Shown in pieces: positions 9,056 to 16,461 of a stretch of 64,000 nucleotides of DNA. The notes under the pieces were generated by a model. The model made no database searches, was not told where the DNA came from, and saw only the letters and a list, made by a program, of their open reading frames with translations. The first letter of the stretch is position 1; every line of letters begins with the position of its first letter. Made by a program: the position numbers and the translations under genes. Origin of the DNA: an uncultured Acidobacteriaceae bacterium (GTDB taxonomy: Bacteria; Acidobacteriota; Terriglobia; Terriglobales; Acidobacteriaceae); contig CAWGYG010000008.1 of the NCBI GenBank assembly GCA_963826915.1, positions 69,485 to 133,484 of the forward strand, in the 5' to 3' direction.

Positions 9056-10387
9056 TTAGCCAGTAACCTCGGGCCTGACGTGCAAAGGAGGGACGTCGTC
9101 CGGGGCATTCGGCGCTTTCCTCGGCACCGGAGATGGCTTTTGCCAAAGCGATTGCTTCAACAATTCAAGTTTGTATCGGGTTACCGGATTGTGTCGCATG
9201 CGAACTAGCCCGCCTTGCAGCAATGCGAACATGATCCCAAACGTGAATCCAACCGCAAGTCCTGCAATAGTAATGAGACCGCGTTTCGGCGACGACCTTT
9301 GTTCAGGTGGTACAGCGGGATCCACTACCTGGATGAAAGCACCTTCTTTGGCCTCGTCGAGTTTTGCCAATTCAAGCTGCCTGGCCAAAACATCAAATAT
9401 GGCCTCGTAATACTTCACATCACGGAGTCTGCGAATATACTCAAGGCCAGCCTCAGGTACGTTACCTTTGGAGACGAACAAGTCATCGGTACCATTCCCT
9501 TGCGAGCCCACGAGCTTGGCAAATTGGGCTTTGAGCCCCTCAAGCTCGCTCTGAGCCTGTGTCAGAGCGGGGTTTTCGTCTCCCGCATAAGAACGCATGG
9601 CTTCGATTTGCACTTGCTTCGAAACCACCTCCGCTCGTAATCGAGCAGCAGAATCAATCAGCGCTCGCGCCTGGCCATCGACTTGAACCATCCCCGTGGA
9701 GAGTTGTGTCCGCTTGAGCGCCTCGTCCGCGTTCTCAAGATCAGCCTTGGTCTTTTCCAGCTGATTCTCAAAAATCACGCGGCGCTGAGATGCCTCGGTA
9801 ATCGCCAGGTTTTGGGAGAGGCTCCTAAATTGCTCCACGTAGCCATTGGCAATTTCCGAAGCCCGGTCTGGACTTTGATCGGAGAATTTTAGGCGGATTA
9901 GTCCGTCCTTCGTGGAACCATCGATTTGGGCGTGCTTCTCAAGTGCCTTGCGTGCATCAACGAGGTAGTGCTTGTGATACTCGCTCTCAAGGCCATAGCG
10001 CTTGATTACCGCCTCTTCAACCGAACGGCTCTTCATCATTGCTACATACATGTCATTTATGTTTTTTATTCCAAGAGCGCTGCTCGCCATTCCGCTGACA
10101 GCGCTCATGCCTGCCAATTGATTGGCCAACAGTGAGCTCATTGAAGAGTTCCCCTGCGGCGGAAGGATGATCACGGTTGCGGTGAACTCCTGAGGGAGAA
10201 GAAACGCAATTGCGATGGCAGAAGCTGTGACCAAGGCAGTCACAATTCCGATTAGCTTCTTACGTTGCATTACGATGATCAACAAATCGAGAAAGGTAAG
10301 ATCCTCCTGCACGCCTTGAGGGTCAATCGAAGAAGGCATTTCCTCCAACACTCTCTTCGAGGATCCGTCGATGTGCATGTTCGCCAT
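9056..10387 (-). CDS. Polysaccharide co-polymerase (Wzz/GumC-like chain-length determinant) without tyrosine-kinase domain
   Basis: N-terminal Wzz-like segment (LTFLDLLIIVMQRKKLIGIVTALVTASAIAIAFLLPQEFTATVIILPPQ), a long coiled-coil periplasmic region, and a second TM near the C-terminus (ITIAGLAVGFTFGIMFALL). No Walker A/B motifs or Tyr-rich tail. Confidence 0.8.
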   Translation of the reverse strand: MANMHIDGSSKRVLEEMPSSIDPQGVQEDLTFLDLLIIVMQRKKLIGIVTALVTASAIAIAFLLPQEFTATVIILPPQGNSSMSSLLANQLAGMSAVSGMASSALGIKNINDMYVAMMKSRSVEEAVIKRYGLESEYHKHYLVDARKALEKHAQIDGSTKDGLIRLKFSDQSPDRASEIANGYVEQFRSLSQNLAITEASQRRVIFENQLEKTKADLENADEALKRTQLSTGMVQVDGQARALIDSAARLRAEVVSKQVQIEAMRSYAGDENPALTQAQSELEGLKAQFAKLVGSQGNGTDDLFVSKGNVPEAGLEYIRRLRDVKYYEAIFDVLARQLELAKLDEAKEGAFIQVVDPAVPPEQRSSPKRGLITIAGLAVGFTFGIMFALLQGGLVRMRHNPVTRYKLELLKQSLWQKPSPVPRKAPNAPDDVPPLHVRPEVTG

Positions 10388-10502
10388 GATTCGTTACTCC
10401 GATGTGGTCTGAAAATAAACTGATTTGCAGTTCCTTCGATTTGGATCTCGTCAATTCCGTTCGCGCGCCTCCTGACGCTGACTATTTCCGCGAAGGGGCG
10501 AG

Positions 10503-13256
10503 TCACTTAATCACGTTGATAGCAGCGACTCCCAAGGCAAAGTTTGAGAATACCGCCGACCAATCTGTCAGGCCGCGCAGTAACGTGGTCCTGTTGATCG
10601 CTTCGGGCACAACAATCGTGTCGCCAGGATAAATCGGCTGGCGATTGAATTTGTCGTCTGTCCAAATGGTGCGCTCGAGGTACTGGCGGCTTATGACGGA
10701 GCCATCGGCACGAATGATGAAAGTCTGGCGACGATCGGCATTTCGATTTGGACCGCCAGCATTGCGCAAGTAGTCTCCAGCATGTTCGTGCGCTACATAG
10801 AGGAATGAGTTGGGATCGTAAACCGCTCCTACTATTCCCACTGTTGATGGTACGGGAGGGACGACAAAGCGATCGCCATCCTCAAGAGGAAGTTCAGGAA
10901 GAGAGTTTACGCCGGAGTGGAATGGGTCAATGTGCAGGACGATGCGGCCCGTGGCGCGAGCCTCGCGGAGCCGATTAACCAACTCCCGTTGACTCGCAAC
11001 AGAGGCGGAAGTGGTAGCCGCCTCCTGAGGGCTGATAACAGAGGTTGATTTGTTGGCTGCCGAGATTTCAATCTGGTACGAGAGGGCGGATATATATTCA
11101 TCAAGTCGCTGCTGCTGTTCCATTCTTGTGCTTTCACGGCTGAACTGCGAACCGTAGAGGTATGCTTGTGTGGTCAATCCGCCGGCACGAATCACAAGTT
11201 GGTGAAGGGTTTCACCAGGGAGCACGCTATATACGCCGGCATGAACGAACTCGCCTTCAAGCCGAACATACTTTGTCTGCTGAGCTCGCGGCACGCGAAT
11301 GTCTGCATCCGAAAAGATGGTGATCACGTCTCCAGGTTCCAGATTCAAGTCCTGGCTTTCATCCTGATCGAGCACAACAGCTCCAAGATTGAATGGGATG
11401 AGCCGAGTTGCGAGTGTCTTTGCATCTACGCGCTCCACGACCGCATAGCTCCAATCGATGTCGGGAGAGGTTCTCACCACTTGTGTTTGCATAGGAAAAT
11501 GCGGCGAGGTGATCAGGCGAGGACCAACACCGAGGGTCGTGGAAGAGGTGCCGGACGCGGGGGCGCGCTTATTGGTTGCCGCTGAATTTGCGTCGCCGCT
11601 CTTATCGGTTGATGCTGCCAGCGATTGAAACTGCATGGAGCCACCGGATTGCGGTTCGGCATCATTGGGGACGCCGGCAGTAAGTTGCGGAAATAGGCCG
11701 CTGTTTAAGGTCTGGACATCCTGAGGCACCGCCTGGCGACTGACGGTTTGGCCCGCCTCAGAAGGAGGAGCCGTTTGCACCAGCGGGGGCAACATCGGCT
11801 GAAAATCCGCTGTCGGCAGACCAAGCTGTTCGCGACGCAACCAATAGTCTGCGGTCAGCAAAGAACTCTTATCCGGAATCAAATCTCGAATGCGCATGCC
11901 CTCATGCCACGCAAATCTCCCTGGGCTGGCGACATTCCCGCGGAGAGTCACGGTTTTGTCGAAGCGTGGGGCTCCGGCTCGAACCCGCACGATATCTGCA
12001 TTGACCAAAGGCGAAGAAAGTGTGGAGGAATTCATAGCTGCGCTTATCACAACGCGCGCTTTAACTCCAGAGGGTTCGGTTTCAGTGCGCTCGATTTCAA
12101 GCGATGAAGTATCTGCAATTGCCGAAACTCCACCTGCGAGTGCCAGTAGGTCAGCTATGCTCTCCCGACCCCGTAACTCGTAGATGGCAGGCAAATGAAC
12201 ACTTCCGACCACTGCAACCTGCGCTCCCACAGGCGCAAAGTAAATCACGTCTCCGGATTCCAACGATGCATCCTTTGTTTTGTCGCCACGGAGAAGGAGA
12301 TCGTACAGGTCGAAATCGGCGACAAGTTTGCCGTCGCGCTTTAGCTCAATACGGCGCAAAGACCCTTGTGGCTCAGGTCCTCCGCAGGCGAACACAGCGT
12401 TTACGAGGGTGCTTAGGGAGCTGATTGTGTAACTGCCGGGGCGTCGCGCCTCGCCGGTCACAAAGACTTGTATTGAGCGCAGCTGGCCGAGATTTACGTT
12501 CAAGTCATAATTGCGATAAACGCGATCGAACCTCGACTTTAGAAACGGTTGCAGTTGTCCAATTTGAAGTCCTGCAACACGTAGCTCGCCAACCTCAGGA
12601 ATGAATACCGAACCCGACCGGTCTACGGTTAGATGGAGGTTCTGACTGATCTGTCCCCAGGTGCGAATCAGCAGCTCATCTCCGGGGCCCAGGACGTAAT
12701 CCGGAGTCACAGGCAAGTGCTGGACCGGGGCAAAAGTATCTGGAACATCGGCAAAGAGCTCTGCGCCGTAAACAGGGACAATTCGCCCAATGGAACCTGC
12801 AACGAGCATCTGGAATTCTGTCAGCGGCTCAGACTGGGTCGTAAGCCGTTGTTGCCGTCGCATTTCGGGTGAACGATTCAGGCCGTCTGCATCGTCGTGA
12901 TATACAAACGACTGCGAATTGGGATTCCCCGCGTTGATGTTCGGATAAGACCATTGCGCACCGCCACCCATGTCTTCCGTTTGACCTGAAGACGGGGGCG
13001 TAGTTGACTGACAACCGGACATATCCGCGCTGGAAAGGGAGCACCCGGATGTTGAAGAGTCCGAGCCCGTTCCGCTTGGATTCAGCGGCGACTGCGTCGA
13101 TTGCGCACGCGCCGCGCTTAAAGAAAGGGCAACTGAAAAAACAATCAACGTTCTCAAAGTCTTGCCAATGCTCTTACTCATGTCTTTGGTCTTCCGTGGT
13201 GAATTTCCTCGACCGCGAAGAAGTTTTCGTAAACAACGCGGCTTCGGTTTGGCCAC
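10503..13256 (-). CDS. Outer-membrane polysaccharide export protein (Wza/OPX family, multiple SLBB repeats)
   Basis: Poly_export-like core (PDYVLGPGDELLIRTWGQISQNLHLTVDRSGSVFIPEVGELRVAGL) plus repeated SLBB-like modules (GDVIYF.P, GDVITIF, GDRFVVPP, GDTIVVPE). The likely true start is ATG 13181 (MSKSIGKTLRTLIVFSVALSLSAARAQ signal peptide, GGAAGA upstream). Confidence 0.85.
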   Translation of the reverse strand: MAKPKPRCLRKLLRGRGNSPRKTKDMSKSIGKTLRTLIVFSVALSLSAARAQSTQSPLNPSGTGSDSSTSGCSLSSADMSGCQSTTPPSSGQTEDMGGGAQWSYPNINAGNPNSQSFVYHDDADGLNRSPEMRRQQRLTTQSEPLTEFQMLVAGSIGRIVPVYGAELFADVPDTFAPVQHLPVTPDYVLGPGDELLIRTWGQISQNLHLTVDRSGSVFIPEVGELRVAGLQIGQLQPFLKSRFDRVYRNYDLNVNLGQLRSIQVFVTGEARRPGSYTISSLSTLVNAVFACGGPEPQGSLRRIELKRDGKLVADFDLYDLLLRGDKTKDASLESGDVIYFAPVGAQVAVVGSVHLPAIYELRGRESIADLLALAGGVSAIADTSSLEIERTETEPSGVKARVVISAAMNSSTLSSPLVNADIVRVRAGAPRFDKTVTLRGNVASPGRFAWHEGMRIRDLIPDKSSLLTADYWLRREQLGLPTADFQPMLPPLVQTAPPSEAGQTVSRQAVPQDVQTLNSGLFPQLTAGVPNDAEPQSGGSMQFQSLAASTDKSGDANSAATNKRAPASGTSSTTLGVGPRLITSPHFPMQTQVVRTSPDIDWSYAVVERVDAKTLATRLIPFNLGAVVLDQDESQDLNLEPGDVITIFSDADIRVPRAQQTKYVRLEGEFVHAGVYSVLPGETLHQLVIRAGGLTTQAYLYGSQFSRESTRMEQQQRLDEYISALSYQIEISAANKSTSVISPQEAATTSASVASQRELVNRLREARATGRIVLHIDPFHSGVNSLPELPLEDGDRFVVPPVPSTVGIVGAVYDPNSFLYVAHEHAGDYLRNAGGPNRNADRRQTFIIRADGSVISRQYLERTIWTDDKFNRQPIYPGDTIVVPEAINRTTLLRGLTDWSAVFSNFALGVAAINVIK

Positions 13257-13265
13257 AAGTGGCGC

Positions 13266-14033
13266 TCAGTACGCGCCTCTCATGGTCACTACTGCAGGAA
13301 TTGTCCGCGTCAGAATCTTGAAATCAAGCAGACAACTCCACTCGCTCGCATACTCCCGATCAAGCAAGACGCGTTTGTCAAAGGCAACATCGCTGCGTCC
13401 CGAGACTTGCCAGAGGCCGGTGATGCCCGGGCAGAACAGGTCGTAATAGGCGAAGTGCTTTCCGTAGAGACAACGTTCCGCCTCCACGATGGGTCGCGGT
13501 CCTACCAAAGACATATCGCCGGCAAGAACGTTCAGCAGCTGCGGGAGTTCGTCCAGGCTGAGTTTGCGAATCACTCGCCCGACTGGTGTGATGCGAGGAT
13601 CGGGGCCTTCCTTTGCCAAAGGGTAGGTGGCGTGGCTCGCTCGATGATGTCCGTCGATTTCAAGCACGTTGTCTTTGTGCTGTCTGGCGTACATAGAGCG
13701 GAATTTGATGATCCGGAAGGGGGCTCCGAATCGCCCCAGCCGTTCCTGACTGTAGAAAACGGGGCCGGGCGAAGTGAGCGCGACTGCCAAGGCAACAACC
13801 AGCCCAACCGGGGCAAACAAGATGAGCAAGATGGTGGAAAGTACAATGTCCAACGCTCTTTTGATAACTGTGTAACGCAGCGACAAGGATCGGTCGACTG
13901 CGGCGGAAAGTTGTGGTGCATGGCGTCTCCACACATACGCCGAAATTGCTTCATTCATCAATCCGACTGCCGAAACTGTGCTCAGCGCCGGGCCGTCGAC
14001 TTCTAGGATATTTAAAGCACTTCTCCCTGGCAT
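13266..14033 (-). CDS. Initiating phosphoglycosyl transferase (bacterial sugar transferase, small WbaP/EpsL-like)
   Basis: [57 protein letters not shown]...[21 protein letters not shown] is the canonical Bac_transf signature. First gene of the operon. Confidence 0.9.
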   Translation of the reverse strand: MPGRSALNILEVDGPALSTVSAVGLMNEAISAYVWRRHAPQLSAAVDRSLSLRYTVIKRALDIVLSTILLILFAPVGLVVALAVALTSPGPVFYSQERLGRFGAPFRIIKFRSMYARQHKDNVLEIDGHHRASHATYPLAKEGPDPRITPVGRVIRKLSLDELPQLLNVLAGDMSLVGPRPIVEAERCLYGKHFAYYDLFCPGITGLWQVSGRSDVAFDKRVLLDREYASEWSCLLDFKILTRTIPAVVTMRGAY

Positions 14034-14615
14034 TCTATATACCCTCTCTTTTCAGTTCCATACCGTGGAATCTCGGAATTGCGGATCTACGAGGCGTGCG
14101 CATGGCCTTGCGATATTGATCTCCCCGGTCCCGCTCTATCGCATTGCCGCGAGCCAGGGAGAGAAAAACTCATAGTTCAAATCAAGGTGCTGAAATTCGT
14201 GCATAGAAAACAAGTCACACCTTCACACTACGAACCAATGCTGAGTAGTTCCTGTTTCCTCCGTTGTCTTGATCGACAACACGACCATAGCTTCGCCATC
14301 CTCACTTGGGTGGGGTGTTCGTCACTTCCGGATGGCAAATCGCGGTTACAGCCTTTGGTTTCTGCCCGCTAAAGACACGTGTGCGTGCACGCTTCTTTCC
14401 GCGCTCATCCGGTATTCAAATTCGCCTTTTTTTCGGGCAACAAATGTTGCAGGTGCTTTCAATTCAATGGACACCGGGTCGCGATGTCCTTTATCGGTTC
14501 CTTATTCAATAGGGTCGTTCTAAGTACAATTTCGCAGTCGCTCAATATCAACCTGACGGTGATCGATGTGGCATGAACGGACGCCACATCCCAGCGGCTA
14601 CAAAGGTAAAGACGC

Positions 14616-14655
14616 AAAAAACCCTCCATGAGTTATCTGGACAAACTCATGGAGG
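14616..14655 (-). terminator. Rho-independent terminator (minus strand)
   Basis: Perfect 12-bp stem (14623-14634 CCTCCATGAGTT / 14644-14655 AACTCATGGAGG) with a 9-nt loop. On the minus strand it is followed by G+TTTTTT (A-run 14616-14621). It lies about 200 nt downstream of the metallophosphoesterase stop. Confidence 0.7.
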
Positions 14656-14854
14656 TGCGAGATATCGAAAGAAATCTCTAATGGGGAGTCAAGGATCCAC
14701 GCTGAACACAAGTGTCTTTTCGCACATGGAGAAAGGCGAATCACAAAAGGGTGCACCCCTGCTGCATAGATCGTTCTTGATCCTCCGAGGATACTAGATC
14801 CTGCGAATGGACGGGAATAACTTACGCCAGTTCTGGCACTTGAAAGCCTCTGGG

Positions 14855-15931
14855 CTAATCCGAGTTATTGACAAAACACTCGTGGATAGCGTCGAGTGGA
14901 GCATCTGGCCAGCGATGCTGCTTGAGATTGTCCTCAGACAATTCATGCAGCTTGAAGTCGATTGAGCCATCCGGGTGGACGATTCCCTGTATAAAACCAT
15001 AAATATGTTGCCGTGCAGTCTTGTCTGCGTTCTTTGGGAGCAGATAGCGATGTGCACCGGCGGTGCCGATAATCAACCCTGGCACGATGTGATTCGAATG
15101 TTGCTTCCAATAGGGTGTATTGAAGACATTCGGCGAGTAATAGTGCGAATGGCTGGCAATCAGATATACGTGTTTACCCGCTGCCTGTGCATCGTAAAAC
15201 CATGTGTAGACCAGATCTCCCGTGCGCTCGCCAAGGTCCCAGTCATCCATCGCGTGCTCTGATCCCTTGGAGTGAGGAAGGGCCTCATGCATGCCTGCGA
15301 CGATCGCGCGAATGCCGGAGTCGGGCGCTAAATCGTGATCGAGGACACCGCGCAGCCACTTTAACTGTTCATGTGAGAATTCCTCGTGGCTGGCATTGTC
15401 AAGGGTGATGAAATCAACTCCGTCGCGAGTCCAGTGATACCAGGGGCCGATTGGACCAGCGTCCACGCCATCGGCTTGGCGCTGCGCAGCGATCTCAGGG
15501 CGATCAAGAAGACTGGAGAATTTGGCAATGTAGTCTGCGCGGGTCATTGGTGGGATATTCTCGTGATTTCCGCGCCCCAGAAACACAGGCATGGAACCGA
15601 ACGCCGCAACCTGCCGGGTCAAGAAATCATCCCACGCGATACGATGATATTCCTCCTTGGAAAGCTTTTTTCCTGCTGGAAGCATCGCGAGGAGATCCTG
15701 ATCAGGCTCCGAAATCCAACGAAAATCGCCCAAATGCCAGTAGAAGGAATCGTGTTCCTCCTTCACGCTGGCTGCGATGGCGGGCATCACAAAGTCGCCG
15801 CAATTGCGGCTGTCTCCCGAGACGCCAAAAGTCCACAACGGGTGGACATTCTGACCGATGAGGTCGGTTGGAGAAAGCACGGAAAGTCCAATTGTGAGGA
15901 AGAGCGCGAAGGGAAGACTCAGCCGAGACAT
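14855..15931 (-). CDS. Secreted calcineurin-like metallophosphoesterase
   Basis: Signal peptide MSRLSLPFALFLTIGLSVLSP. Metallophosphatase motifs GDSRNCGD, GDFR and GRGNHEN, plus later His residues. Confidence 0.8.
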   Translation of the reverse strand: MSRLSLPFALFLTIGLSVLSPTDLIGQNVHPLWTFGVSGDSRNCGDFVMPAIAASVKEEHDSFYWHLGDFRWISEPDQDLLAMLPAGKKLSKEEYHRIAWDDFLTRQVAAFGSMPVFLGRGNHENIPPMTRADYIAKFSSLLDRPEIAAQRQADGVDAGPIGPWYHWTRDGVDFITLDNASHEEFSHEQLKWLRGVLDHDLAPDSGIRAIVAGMHEALPHSKGSEHAMDDWDLGERTGDLVYTWFYDAQAAGKHVYLIASHSHYYSPNVFNTPYWKQHSNHIVPGLIIGTAGAHRYLLPKNADKTARQHIYGFIQGIVHPDGSIDFKLHELSEDNLKQHRWPDAPLDAIHECFVNNSD

Positions 15932-16169
15932 TGTTCCAGCATAACCGGCAATCCCATAAAAGACGATTCATCCCCTCACCTTGCGGGAACAGCCCTCTGC
16001 TGCTTTGAATCTTCGGTTAACCTGGCGCGACGCGATTCGCTGCTCTTCCAGCCGCATCATTCCCCACCGTGTGTGATTCGAGTCACCGAGACTGAGTGCC
16101 CGTGCTGGGTAAGCTAACAGGAAGCACGCGTTAACATCGATTCGCAATCAATCAAGGAGCATTGTCATT

Positions 16170-16421
16170 ATGGCTTACGTAGTTACCGATGCATGCATCA
16201 AGGACTTTGTCTGCGCAACGGAGTGTGCAACGGCTGCAATCTCACCCCAGGCAGCTGATCATGCTGCAGGCACGGTTTCCCAGGTCTACATCAACCCCGA
16301 TGAATGCATTGACTGCGGCAATTGCGCAAATGTCTGCGCGCAAAACGCGATCTTTGCCCAAGACGATCTGCCTGCAGACAAGGCGAAGTTCGCCGAGTTG
16401 AACCGCGCTTATTTTCAGTAA
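16170..16421 (+). CDS. Ferredoxin, 7-Cys ([3Fe-4S][4Fe-4S]-type pattern)
   Basis: C9-x5-C15-x3-C19 ... C46-x2-C49-x2-C52-x3-C56 (CIDCGNCANVC). AAGGAG SD upstream. The residues after the last Cys of each motif are Ala rather than the usual Pro. Confidence 0.8.
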   Translation: MAYVVTDACIKDFVCATECATAAISPQAADHAAGTVSQVYINPDECIDCGNCANVCAQNAIFAQDDLPADKAKFAELNRAYFQ

Positions 16422-16461
16422 CGCGCAAAGGGTCTGCTTGAAACACCGGCGTAGGCGTTGT

